From a virus, in IMG/VR virus record IMGVR_UViG_3300045988_173323: a stretch of 60,087 bases of DNA; one strand, written 5' to 3'. The notes beneath the pieces were generated by a model. That model worked only from the letters and a program-made list of their open reading frames with translations. It was not told the DNA's origin and made no database searches. Shown piece after piece: positions 13,663-23,506 of the stretch. Position 1 is the stretch's first letter. Each line of letters opens with the position of its first letter. The position numbers and the translations under genes were made by a program.

Positions 13663-15072
13663 ATGTCAAGAATGAGTATAGCTACGATAGATAGTCCAGA
13701 ATTTATAAACGTTTCTCCATATAATCCTTTAATTTCAGAATGTGAAATTAAAGTTTTGTATTTGGGAGAAAATAGAAATCATAGCTATATAAGTAAAGAA
13801 GTAGCTACAGAGATGGCTAATTCGTTACCTGGATGTCCTATTGTAGGTTATTTTAAACAAGATGTAAAAGATTTTGGCGATCATGGGGATCAAGTAGTAA
13901 TTGATGAAAATGGAATACATTTTAATTGTCTTACAAAACCTTATGGATTTGTAGCTCCTAATGCTAAAATTTGGTTTCAAAAATTTGAGGATACAGACGA
14001 TTTTGGAAATTCTATTATTAGAGAATATTTAATGACTACTGGGTTTTTGTGGACAGGGCAGTTTGAAGAGGCTCAAGCTGTTGTTGAGCAGGGAAAACCA
14101 CATTCTATGGAATTAGATGAAGATTCCTTAGAAGGAGAATGGTCAAAAAATTATAAAACAGGTATAGAGTTTTTTATTATAAATGACGCAATATTTTCAA
14201 AATTATGTATTTTAGGAGATAATGTTGAACCTTGTTTTGAAGGTTCAAGTGTAACAGCTCCATGTATAAGTACATCGTTTACTAAAGTAGATGATAATTT
14301 TAAAAAGACTTTATATACTATGATGCATGAATTAAAAGATGCATTAGAAGGAGGACAAATGGCTTTAGAAAAAGATAATAAAAAAGTTTCTGATGAAAAG
14401 GACAAAAAAGAACAAAACTTTTCCGCAGAAAATCAAAATTCTACAGAGGGATTAAATCAAACTGATTTTGTAGCTTCTGATAAAGATAAAGATAAAAAAG
14501 AAGAAGAAGTTAAAGAAGATCAGCCTAAAAATGATGAAACCACAAAGACAGAAAAAGATGATGAAGATAAAAAGAAAAACTTTGTAAAAAAAGAAGAAGA
14601 TGAGACTGTTAAAGAAGAGTCTACTTCAAATGAAGATAAAAAAGATGATAATAAAGCACCTTCTGATAAAGAGGAAGAAAAAGAGAAGAAAGATAAATAC
14701 GCTTTATTAGAAACTCAATATCAAGATTTACAAAGTAAATACTCTGCATTAAAAGAGGATTTTCAATCATTAGTAGCTTTTAAAAATCAAATTGAAAACG
14801 AGAAAAAAGATGCTTTAATCAATAGCTTTTATATGCTTTCAGATGAAGATAAGAAAGATGTAATTGCAAATAAAGCTAAATACTCTTTAGATGATATTGA
14901 AGCAAAGTTATCTGTAATTTGTGTTAGAAAGAAAGTTAATTTTGATTTAGAGGATACCTCAAAAAATGAAAAAGATAATCCTGTTGCAACTTTTAATTTA
15001 GAAGAACAGGATAGCTCTATCCCAGCGTGGATAAATGCTTTAAAAAATACTCGAAACAGTAGAAATGATTAA
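13663..15072 (+). CDS. putative scaffolding protein (N-terminal globular domain, long D/E/K-rich low-complexity region, C-terminal coiled coil)
   Basis: 469 aa. Residues ~230-330 are about 70% K/E/D. It lies between the portal and capsid genes. Confidence 0.45.
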   Translation: MSRMSIATIDSPEFINVSPYNPLISECEIKVLYLGENRNHSYISKEVATEMANSLPGCPIVGYFKQDVKDFGDHGDQVVIDENGIHFNCLTKPYGFVAPNAKIWFQKFEDTDDFGNSIIREYLMTTGFLWTGQFEEAQAVVEQGKPHSMELDEDSLEGEWSKNYKTGIEFFIINDAIFSKLCILGDNVEPCFEGSSVTAPCISTSFTKVDDNFKKTLYTMMHELKDALEGGQMALEKDNKKVSDEKDKKEQNFSAENQNSTEGLNQTDFVASDKDKDKKEEEVKEDQPKNDETTKTEKDDEDKKKNFVKKEEDETVKEESTSNEDKKDDNKAPSDKEEEKEKKDKYALLETQYQDLQSKYSALKEDFQSLVAFKNQIENEKKDALINSFYMLSDEDKKDVIANKAKYSLDDIEAKLSVICVRKKVNFDLEDTSKNEKDNPVATFNLEEQDSSIPAWINALKNTRNSRND

Positions 15073-15085
15073 GGAGGATATATAG

Positions 15086-15670
15086 ATGGCTGCTACAACA
15101 ATTAAAAGAGTTGGTTTTGGTCAAGTTGAACCTAATCATTTGTCAGCTCAAAGAACTTCTCAGATTTATGCACAGTTACCAGCAAAATCTGATATTAGTA
15201 TTCTTGAAAATGGTCAGTATGTAAAATATGACTATGCTAATGGAGAAGTTAATTTTACTGGCAAAGGCGAATGGATGATGGTGTTCAACGAAGTAAAATT
15301 ATACGATGATAAGTGGAGAGAGTCTTATAAAGACTTTGCTATGATTAAAGATAATTATACAGCGGGAAGCGATGATATTACTCATGGTGGCTTAGGTCCA
15401 CTTAAAGGTCAGATGGTTCCGCGTGTAATTAAAACAAATGTTGGAGATATTTATACTACTAATGCTGTTGGTGCTGCGAATACAAGCGGAAAAGCAGAAT
15501 ATGCTGGTATTGCTCTTGAAGTAGGAGACTTTTTAAAAGTTGACACAACAGGCTTCTTAGTAAAAGATGAAACAGCAGAAGCTTCAACAGAAAGTATGTT
15601 ATGGCAAGTAGTAAAAATTTATACTATGGCAGATGGACAACCAGCTGTTAAGGTAATGAGAGTTAAATAA
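15086..15670 (+). CDS. head protein (decoration or auxiliary), 194 aa
   Basis: It lies immediately upstream of the major capsid gene; an RBS (AAGGAGGA) is present. Confidence 0.4.
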   Translation: MAATTIKRVGFGQVEPNHLSAQRTSQIYAQLPAKSDISILENGQYVKYDYANGEVNFTGKGEWMMVFNEVKLYDDKWRESYKDFAMIKDNYTAGSDDITHGGLGPLKGQMVPRVIKTNVGDIYTTNAVGAANTSGKAEYAGIALEVGDFLKVDTTGFLVKDETAEASTESMLWQVVKIYTMADGQPAVKVMRVK

Positions 15671-15685
15671 GGAGGATTATAAGAG

Positions 15686-16714
15686 ATGGCTTTAAGTAGA
15701 AAAGATTTATTTACATTAGCTAAAACCGTAGCAAAAGCTAATCCTTCTTCTCAGGTTGCTTATTCTTTCGGTAATGAAAAATTTAGCTATTCAGATTTAA
15801 ACGATACATTGAGAAACGAATTAAGAGAAATCGCGGGAACATACGCACTTTATCGCGAAAATAAGAATACAATTTTTGCTCTTATGGAAGAGACTATTGA
15901 CGATATTCTTCCAAAAAAAGTATTAGAGCAGTATGGTCAATTTGCTGAAATTAAGACATTTAGCCAGGGAGACAAACCTGTATTCACTCAGAGAATTACG
16001 GTTGCTTCAAAGAGACGTGCAAAACAATTTATTACAAAAGTTGGATTAGCAGGTATTTATGAAGTATTCAAACTGGATGGTAAATCTTATGAAGTTCCTA
16101 CAAGTGCTTTTGGTGGAGCTGCTCAGATTGGATTTGAAGAGTTCTTAGATGGACGTATAGATTTCGCAGATGTTCTTGACATTGTTATGGAAGGATTAGA
16201 CGAAAGCGTTTATCTTGAAATTGAAAGAGCTTTGAAAGGTGCTGTAACTAATTTACAAGCTAATAATAAAACCACCCAAGGTTCTTTTATAGAAGCTGAA
16301 ATGGATAAATTGTTAGCTGTAGCAGATTCTTATGGACAAGCTACTATTTATTGTACGTATGAATTCGCAGCTACCATGGTACCTGCTGAAGGTTGGGTTT
16401 CAGACGCTATGAAAGACCAGAAATGGAATAATGGTTATTTAGCAAATTATAAAGGACATAGAGTAATTGTTTTACCTCAGTCTTATGAAGATGAAACTAA
16501 TAGTAAAAAAGTTATCGACCCATCTTATGCATGGATTATTCCTACTGGCGGAAATGATAAACCTGTAAAAATTGCTCTTGAAGGACAGACTATCGTTAGA
16601 GAAATTGAAAATGCTGATATGTCAAGAGAAATTCAGGTTTACAAGAAAATGGGTGTTGCTGCAATTATTACTAATAATATTTGCGTATATAGAAACACTG
16701 GTTTGACTCAATAA
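15686..16714 (+). CDS. major capsid protein (HK97-fold type)
   Basis: 342 aa; position in the operon, composition, and a strong RBS (AAGGAGGATT). Confidence 0.65.
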   Translation: MALSRKDLFTLAKTVAKANPSSQVAYSFGNEKFSYSDLNDTLRNELREIAGTYALYRENKNTIFALMEETIDDILPKKVLEQYGQFAEIKTFSQGDKPVFTQRITVASKRRAKQFITKVGLAGIYEVFKLDGKSYEVPTSAFGGAAQIGFEEFLDGRIDFADVLDIVMEGLDESVYLEIERALKGAVTNLQANNKTTQGSFIEAEMDKLLAVADSYGQATIYCTYEFAATMVPAEGWVSDAMKDQKWNNGYLANYKGHRVIVLPQSYEDETNSKKVIDPSYAWIIPTGGNDKPVKIALEGQTIVREIENADMSREIQVYKKMGVAAIITNNICVYRNTGLTQ

Positions 16715-16781
16715 TTTAATATGGGGAAGATATTATCTTCCCCAATATTTTTATATATATTTAGAGATAAAAGGAGAAAAT

Positions 16782-17351
16782 ATGTTAGAGAAAGATACTT
16801 TAATCAAAGTTATAAATAGAGATAATGGAACTGTTGGTTATACAATTCCTGACTTAGGAAATTTACATCGTAATTTTCAGCCAAGAGAAGAAAAAGAAGT
16901 TACTATGGACGAGTTGAGAAAGCTATCTTATTTACCAGGCGGAATAGTTATTTTAAAAGACTGTTTAATCATTAAAAACAAAGAGGCTTTAGAAGAATTA
17001 CTTCCAGAAGTCGAGCCAGAATATTTTTATTCAGAAGAAGATATTAAAAAATTACTTTTAACAGGTTCATTAGATCAGCTTATGGATTGCTTAGACTTTG
17101 CTCCTATTGGTGTTATTGATTTAGTCAAAGAGTTAGCAGTTAAATTAAAAATTAATGACATTAGTAAGAGAGAAGCTATTTTTGAGAAGACTGGTTTTAA
17201 TGTAAGCAAGGCTATTGAAATCAATAAAGAGACAGACGAAAATGAAATTCCTAAAGAAAAAATTAGAAGAGCTACTCCAGTTTCTTCAACATCAACTTCG
17301 ACAGGAAGAAGAACAGCTCCGCCAAAATACAAAGTAACAGTTACAAAATAA
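16782..17351 (+). CDS. structural protein (189 aa) with a Ser/Thr-rich C-terminus
   Basis: ORF track entry in the head-tail joining block. Confidence 0.4.
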   Translation: MLEKDTLIKVINRDNGTVGYTIPDLGNLHRNFQPREEKEVTMDELRKLSYLPGGIVILKDCLIIKNKEALEELLPEVEPEYFYSEEDIKKLLLTGSLDQLMDCLDFAPIGVIDLVKELAVKLKINDISKREAIFEKTGFNVSKAIEINKETDENEIPKEKIRRATPVSSTSTSTGRRTAPPKYKVTVTK

Positions 17352-17370
17352 AACATAAAGGGAGGCAATT

Positions 17371-17940
17371 ATGAATAATATTAATAAAACTCCTTTTTCT
17401 AAAGTTTATGATTGTTTTTTATCAACTAAGGTAACAGACGATATGTACTTAGAATTAACTGAATTAGAGACGTTTCGTATGTTGCAAGACCTCTTGCTTT
17501 CCGCAATGCATAAGTTTGAATTTCCGCGAGTTAATCTTTACGATTATGAAGAAGATTCTTTTGTAGACGAATCTATTTATAAAGGAGTTGAAAGTAATAA
17601 TATAGAAGTTAAAGCTTTTATTTATTCGGGTGGTTTTTTTAATAGTTTTTTAACTCAAGAGGAAATCAATATTCTCGCGGTTTACATGGTTGTAGAGTGG
17701 ATAGGATATCAGTTAGCTTCGATTGAGAATACTAGACTTAAATATAGCGGTTCAGATTTTAAATTTACTTCTCAGGCAAATCATATGCATAAATTATTAG
17801 CAATTAAGAAAGATTATGAAAGAGAAGGATTTCATTTACAGAGATTGTATAAAAGAAGAAAAGCTGATAAAAAAGGTATTGTGCGTTCAACCTTCAATAT
17901 TATTATGGAACCAATAGAGGAGGAGCGTTATGATACTTAA
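17371..17940 (+). CDS. head-tail connector/adaptor candidate (189 aa)
   Basis: ORF track entry; an RBS (AAAGGGAGG) is present. Confidence 0.4.
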   Translation: MNNINKTPFSKVYDCFLSTKVTDDMYLELTELETFRMLQDLLLSAMHKFEFPRVNLYDYEEDSFVDESIYKGVESNNIEVKAFIYSGGFFNSFLTQEEINILAVYMVVEWIGYQLASIENTRLKYSGSDFKFTSQANHMHKLLAIKKDYEREGFHLQRLYKRRKADKKGIVRSTFNIIMEPIEEERYDT

Positions 17941-18235
17941 ATATGGTGCGGAAATAGATAAATCCGCTATTGATAAAAACTTAAATAGAATTACAAATCA
18001 AATCTATAAGTTATTGCCAAGTAGAGAAGAAAAAACAGATTGGCAAAAGCCATTAACTACTATTATTGAAGAGCTTGCGGGAATGGATAGACTGTTATTT
18101 GACCAGCATGAAGTTCTGTTTCCGCTCTTGTGTAAATTAGAAGGATTATTCCTGCTATCAGAAGATAAAGATTTTTTTCTTTATAGAAGGACTATCTTCG
18201 AATGTTTAGGATTGATAAATAATATAAAGATATGA
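17930..18235 (+). CDS. head-tail joining protein candidate (101 aa)
   Basis: ORF track entry; it overlaps the neighbouring genes by 11 nt and 4 nt. Confidence 0.4.
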   Translation: MILKYGAEIDKSAIDKNLNRITNQIYKLLPSREEKTDWQKPLTTIIEELAGMDRLLFDQHEVLFPLLCKLEGLFLLSEDKDFFLYRRTIFECLGLINNIKI

Positions 18236-19191
18236 GTGGATTAGATAATTTAAAAACTAGACTTAATTATTATGGCGGAAGTAAGGAACGAAGGCTTATT
18301 AATGATAAACTTAGATCATTAAAAAAAGCTATGTATTCTTATCAAGGTCAAACCGCGATTCTTGAAGACGGACGAGAGTTTAAATGCTTAATTAACCCAA
18401 ATAAGTTAAATCCAGATTACGATAATAAAATACTTTCTATACCTTATAAAGATGTATGTTTAAATAAAGACAGATTAGGAAAAACTTCTGAAGCAGAAGA
18501 GGAGTTGGGGATAAAGTCTGGAGACATTATCTCTTGGAAAGAGACTAATACTAAATGGATTATTTATTTACCTTTTTTAGAAGAAGTTGCTTATTTTAGA
18601 GCGGAGATTAGAAAGTGCGAGGCTCAAGCTGAATTAAACGGGAAGAAATATTGGATTTATATTAGAGGTCCGGTAGAAACTACTATTCAATGGAATAAAA
18701 AGAATAATACAGTTTGGAATGACTTAAATAACACCTTAGTTTTTTATATTACTAAGAATGAGGAAACTTTAGATTTTTTTCATAGATTTAAGTTATTGAA
18801 AATAGAAGGACAAACTTGGGAAGTCCAAGACACGAATATCTTTTATGGGGAAGGTATTATTAAAGTTACTGTAAAAGAATATTATGAGAATCCGCTTCAA
18901 GATTATTATGAAGAAAGAGAAAAAGAAAAAAAAGAAGATTCAACAACAGAATCTGATATAGTAGGAGATGTTGAAGTATATCCATATGATATAAAAGAAT
19001 ATTCTTTAAAAGGAGATTTTAAAGAAGGTACTTGGAGCATAAATAATAATAAAGCGAAAATTATAGAAATAAAAAATAATTCTGCTATTGTAGAGGTAGT
19101 AACTGGAAAAAGTGGAGAATTTATTTTAACTTACAGTGAAAAAGATCAAGGAAAGGTTTTAACTTTAAAAGTAAAAATCAATTCTTTGTAA
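18232..19191 (+). CDS. structural protein (319 aa)
   Basis: ORF track entry; ATGA overlap with the previous gene. Confidence 0.4.
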   Translation: MSGLDNLKTRLNYYGGSKERRLINDKLRSLKKAMYSYQGQTAILEDGREFKCLINPNKLNPDYDNKILSIPYKDVCLNKDRLGKTSEAEEELGIKSGDIISWKETNTKWIIYLPFLEEVAYFRAEIRKCEAQAELNGKKYWIYIRGPVETTIQWNKKNNTVWNDLNNTLVFYITKNEETLDFFHRFKLLKIEGQTWEVQDTNIFYGEGIIKVTVKEYYENPLQDYYEEREKEKKEDSTTESDIVGDVEVYPYDIKEYSLKGDFKEGTWSINNNKAKIIEIKNNSAIVEVVTGKSGEFILTYSEKDQGKVLTLKVKINSL

Positions 19192-19194
19192 GAT

Positions 19195-19803
19195 GTGAAT
19201 AGAGATAAAAGGAGTAATATGAAAAGAAATTTAGCCGTAACGAATATTCAATCATCTTTTCTCTCTTGTGAAAAAGATACTGAAAGAATATTAAAAAAAC
19301 TTTTTGTTGAAAGTAAACCTTATAGTGACGATCTAAAAAGACTTTTGGTAATAAATACTAAAGACTGTTTAGATAATAAAGAAGATGAACAGTATAAAAA
19401 AAAATTAACTGAAATGACTCTTGGAAAAATGATTGAGCAGGGTTATGTTAAATTAAAACCTAAGCTTAGACTTCCTGAACATGAAGAAATTAAATCTTAT
19501 ATAATTGTTTCTTATGATAATTTTACACCCAATAGAACAAATCCAGAATTTAGAGATTGTACGATTAATTTTGACGTATTATGTCATACTGATTATTGGG
19601 ATATAGGAAACTATAGAGTGAGACCGCTTAAAATTTGTGGTTATATAGATGGGCTTTTGAATAATACAAAATTAACAGGAATTGGAGAATTGCAGTTGGC
19701 AAGATGTAATGAATTACTTTTAGATGAAGACTTAAGCGGATATAGTTTAACTTATAAAGCAATTCATGGCAGTGATGATAAGATTCCTTCTGAGGAAGAA
19801 TAA
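19195..19803 (+). CDS. structural protein (202 aa)
   Basis: ORF track entry. Confidence 0.4.
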   Translation: MNRDKRSNMKRNLAVTNIQSSFLSCEKDTERILKKLFVESKPYSDDLKRLLVINTKDCLDNKEDEQYKKKLTEMTLGKMIEQGYVKLKPKLRLPEHEEIKSYIIVSYDNFTPNRTNPEFRDCTINFDVLCHTDYWDIGNYRVRPLKICGYIDGLLNNTKLTGIGELQLARCNELLLDEDLSGYSLTYKAIHGSDDKIPSEEE

Positions 19804-20546
19804 TGAATAATGATTTACTTTTATTGTCTGGTAATGATATTGCTTTTACAGAAGCTCAACTCACTGTACATCAACCTATTATTAAAGAAATTGCTTATAT
19901 TGGAGAAGAAACTTTTTTTATGGGATGCGAATTTCTAAATTTTTCAAAAGATAATTTAAGTAAAGAGGACAAAGTTAATTTAAGAAATAAAACTAATTTT
20001 GAAATATTAATGTCAATAATGAAAAGCAAAAATGTTATTGCCCAACAGAATAAAAACTGTGCTTTATTAGTGCTAATGTTATTATTCCCAGAATATAGTT
20101 TATCATTAGATATGTTTATGGAACAAATTGTTCTAAAAAAAGATGGGAAAGAATATTTTATCAATAATAAAAATTATGAAGCATTTAAAAGTATTCTAAT
20201 TTCTGTCTTTTGTTTAGATAAAAACAAAGATGATGTATCTTCATATAATCCTGGTAATGATTCAGCTAGAAAAATCGCGGAAAAGCTGAAAAAAGGTCGA
20301 GCTAAAGTTGCATCTTTAAAAGGTGATTCTCAAAAAATTTCTATTTTAGAAAGATATATTTCTATCTTAGCTGTTGGAGAAAATAAAGATATAAATTCTT
20401 TAATGCAATATACTGTTTATCAATTATTTGACGAGTTTCAGCGGTTTGAATTAAAACAAAGCTATGATATATATTTTAAAGCTAAATTAGCTGGAGCTAA
20501 AGATTTGGATGAAGTAGAAAATTGGATGAAAAATATCCATCCATAA
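19803..20546 (+). CDS. tail completion/terminator candidate (247 aa)
   Basis: ORF track entry; TAATG overlap with the previous gene. Confidence 0.35.
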   Translation: MNNDLLLLSGNDIAFTEAQLTVHQPIIKEIAYIGEETFFMGCEFLNFSKDNLSKEDKVNLRNKTNFEILMSIMKSKNVIAQQNKNCALLVLMLLFPEYSLSLDMFMEQIVLKKDGKEYFINNKNYEAFKSILISVFCLDKNKDDVSSYNPGNDSARKIAEKLKKGRAKVASLKGDSQKISILERYISILAVGENKDINSLMQYTVYQLFDEFQRFELKQSYDIYFKAKLAGAKDLDEVENWMKNIHP

Positions 20547-20629
20547 TATTACTTTATGTATAAAGATAACTTAAAAAAGTTATTTTTAAAAGATAAATTA
20601 AGAATTTTATATAAGGAGGATAATGCGTT

Positions 20630-21574
20630 ATGAAGTTTGGCGTTAGAGAGATTTGTGATGTAGTGTTTAAAGCGAAAGCAAATGTCACTATTGGTAATAC
20701 TAAATTCGTCAAAGGTCAGCCTGTACTTTATATAGATACAGCAAAAACTTCTACCTTAGAAGGTGCTGCAACCACAGTCTATGCACAGGGTGGAAAAGGA
20801 AACACTAGACTGATCGCATGGGAAGGTGAAAAGACTTTAACTTTTACAGTTGAAGATGCTCTATTATCACCTATTGGTTTTGCTGTACTTTCTGGAGCAG
20901 GCTTAGTTAAAGCTGATAGTAAGAATTTAGTCCATGTTCATATGACAACTGATGTAATCGCGGGAGCAGAAGGTGTTTGTGAAATCACTTATGAAGCTTT
21001 TGATGATGAAACAACAACAATCTGTAATACAACAGATGTTCCTGTATTTGGTACTGTTTTAGATGGTTCTGGCTCAGGCATTAAATTCTTAGGAGCAGGT
21101 ACATTTGAAGCAGCAACCGCAACGGTAAATGTAAAATCTACTACTATAGAAAATGCTATTGAAGTATCAAACGGAAAAACTTGTCAGATTAAATTTACAG
21201 GTGCGGTTGAAGGTCAGGTAGTAAGAATTGATTATTACATCATTAAATCTGCAGGTGCTCAGACCATTACTATTGATGCTGAAAACTTTGCTGGTTACTA
21301 CTATGTAGAAGCTAGTACATTATTTAGACGTCAGGATACTGGAGTAGATATGCCTGCTGAATTAGTTATTCCGAATGTAAAAATTCAGTCTAACTTTACA
21401 TTCACTATGGCTGCTACCGGAGATCCATCTACATTTACTTTTACGATGGATGCCTTCCCAGGATATACAATGTTTGATAGAACAAAGAAAGTCCTTTGTG
21501 CAATTCAAATTATTGGCACTGACGCAGTAGATGGTGTTGAAGATACAGGTCATACAAACCATCAAAAAGGTTGA
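20630..21574 (+). CDS. major tail (tube) protein
   Basis: 314 aa, T/G/V-rich beta-type composition. It lies just before the chaperone and tape measure genes, has a strong RBS (AAGGAGGATA), and is followed by a terminator. Confidence 0.6.
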   Translation: MKFGVREICDVVFKAKANVTIGNTKFVKGQPVLYIDTAKTSTLEGAATTVYAQGGKGNTRLIAWEGEKTLTFTVEDALLSPIGFAVLSGAGLVKADSKNLVHVHMTTDVIAGAEGVCEITYEAFDDETTTICNTTDVPVFGTVLDGSGSGIKFLGAGTFEAATATVNVKSTTIENAIEVSNGKTCQIKFTGAVEGQVVRIDYYIIKSAGAQTITIDAENFAGYYYVEASTLFRRQDTGVDMPAELVIPNVKIQSNFTFTMAATGDPSTFTFTMDAFPGYTMFDRTKKVLCAIQIIGTDAVDGVEDTGHTNHQKG

Positions 21575-21582
21575 TAATTAAA

Positions 21583-21614
21583 TAGGAGAGTTTAATAACT
21601 CTCCTATTTTTTTT
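21583..21614 (+). terminator. rho-independent terminator after the major tail gene
   Basis: Stem AGGAGAGTT/AACTCTCCT with a TAAT loop, followed by T9. Confidence 0.6.
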
Positions 21615-21634
21615 ATTTATGGAGGAAGTGTAAT

Positions 21635-22822
21635 ATGGCAAAAACTAAAATGGATGTTAATGAGAAAGATATTGATAAAATGGAAGATACTGTTTTAGAT
21701 GCTATGGACGAACCTGTTAAAGAAGTTGTTAAAGGCAATTTAAAAAAAATGAGAGAGGAAGCTCTAGCCTATTTAAATAAATTAAAAGAACTAAAAAAAG
21801 ATATTGAAGATATAGAAGATAGGATTAAAAAGTTAAAAGAATTTAGACATCAATATTCTAATAAAGTAAAAGTTCCAGGTAGAAAAAAAGCAGTGTCAGA
21901 ATATGAATTAATGGATGAGTATGTGCATGCAAGAGCGGAAAAGAATAGACTTTTAGCTGGAGATATTCCTAAACAACTTTATGAAAGTAGTTTTAAGTTT
22001 CAAAAAGCTTTGAATGAATTTTTAGGTCAAAAAGTAACAATGGTTTATGTATATAGATATAAAAATCAAGCACCTGTTTTATATGAAATACTGAATGAAG
22101 ATATATTAAAATTTGGAGATGCTTCAAAGTCTGGATTTACAGCTAGATATAAGGCAACTCAAAAACAAATAGAAAATATGTTAGAAAGTAAGGCTATTCA
22201 GCAGTTAGAAACAGGGAATGATTTTAATTTCAATCTTAATAACTTAAATCAAACATATGATGAAGTTATGTTTAGATTTAGAAAAAGTAAAAAAGTAACA
22301 GGTGGTCATTATATTATACTATGGCAAAATCCATTAAAGACTTGGCATCAGGCTTTTATATCTTCAGAAGGTGATATTAATGAAGCTTATGCTTCTATTG
22401 TTTTGGCGAATAGACAAGAGCCTAGCTTTGAAATAACCGAAAGCAATATTCTGTTACAATTAGAACTTTTTGTAAAGGACTTTATTGACGAAGTTTTAAA
22501 AGTAGATAGTTTACCTGGGGCATTAGAAGGAGATTTAGAGATGGGAGAAATTGAATATGGAATTAAATCTGCTGGTGCTTCAGCATTAGGGTTGCAACAA
22601 TTAGCAGATTTAGCCAAAAGTATTGTAGAAGATGAAAATTATAGTGAAGAAGAATTATTAAAGAAGAAAAAAGAATTTAAAGAGAACAAACAGACAAGAA
22701 ATAAACTTTTAGAATCATTAGAAGATCAAGTTGATAAGAGTATAAAAGAAGCAATAATAGATGCGTACCAGATGGGCGGAAAAAGAGCTTTAAACAGAGC
22801 AAAAAAATTAACTAAAAATTAA
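21635..22822 (+). CDS. coiled-coil K/E-rich protein (395 aa), function unknown
   Basis: ORF track entry; an RBS (GGAGGAAG) is present. Confidence 0.45.
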   Translation: MAKTKMDVNEKDIDKMEDTVLDAMDEPVKEVVKGNLKKMREEALAYLNKLKELKKDIEDIEDRIKKLKEFRHQYSNKVKVPGRKKAVSEYELMDEYVHARAEKNRLLAGDIPKQLYESSFKFQKALNEFLGQKVTMVYVYRYKNQAPVLYEILNEDILKFGDASKSGFTARYKATQKQIENMLESKAIQQLETGNDFNFNLNNLNQTYDEVMFRFRKSKKVTGGHYIILWQNPLKTWHQAFISSEGDINEAYASIVLANRQEPSFEITESNILLQLELFVKDFIDEVLKVDSLPGALEGDLEMGEIEYGIKSAGASALGLQQLADLAKSIVEDENYSEEELLKKKKEFKENKQTRNKLLESLEDQVDKSIKEAIIDAYQMGGKRALNRAKKLTKN

Positions 22823-22824
22823 CT

Positions 22825-22852
22825 TGACAAAAGAAAAATTTTATAGTATAAT
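22825..22852 (+). promoter_or_regulatory. internal sigma70-like promoter (TTGACA-16-TATAAT) ahead of the chaperone and tape measure genes
   Basis: TTGACA at 22825-22830 and TATAAT at 22847-22852. Confidence 0.4.
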
Positions 22853-22889
22853 ATTCTTATAAGATGAGACAAAAGGAGAAATAAATAAA

Positions 22890-23423
22890 ATGAAAGTAAG
22901 TTATGCAAATTTAAAATTAAAAACTAAAGATGAAATTAAAACTTTTAATTTTAATAATACAGAAATAGAAGTTAAACAATATTTACCTATTGAAGATAAA
23001 TATGATTTAGTTATGATTACTTTACAAAAAGCAGAAGAAAATGGTATTTATAATGCTTTAAAATTAGATATGTATTTTCATCTACATTTAGTTTATATGT
23101 ATACCAATTTAAGTTTTACAGAGAAACAAAAAGAAAATGAAATGAAAATTTATGATACTTTAGAGAGTAATGGTTTTATTGATAAAATGATTGAAATTAT
23201 TCCTGAAGAAGAATATAATGCTTTATTTACTTTTATGGATGAAATAATGCTTAATACTTTAAATTATACCAATACTGCGGGAGCTGTTATTCAAAGTATT
23301 ATAAATGATTTACCTAAAAACGCAAAGATTGCTAAAGATATAGTTGATTCTTTTGATAAAGAAAAATATCAAGAGGTAATTGAATTTGCGAAAGTGGCTA
23401 ATGGAAATCGTCCGATTGGGTAG
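22890..23423 (+). CDS. tail assembly chaperone candidate (177 aa)
   Basis: Its position directly upstream of the tape measure gene. No -1 frameshift extension frame is open downstream. Confidence 0.4.
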   Translation: MKVSYANLKLKTKDEIKTFNFNNTEIEVKQYLPIEDKYDLVMITLQKAEENGIYNALKLDMYFHLHLVYMYTNLSFTEKQKENEMKIYDTLESNGFIDKMIEIIPEEEYNALFTFMDEIMLNTLNYTNTAGAVIQSIINDLPKNAKIAKDIVDSFDKEKYQEVIEFAKVANGNRPIG

Positions 23424-23506
23424 AATAAATTAATAAAAATGCCTTTATTATCATATTATGGTAGTAAAGGTATTTTTTTATGCGTAATTTTAGGAGGTAA
23501 AAGGAT

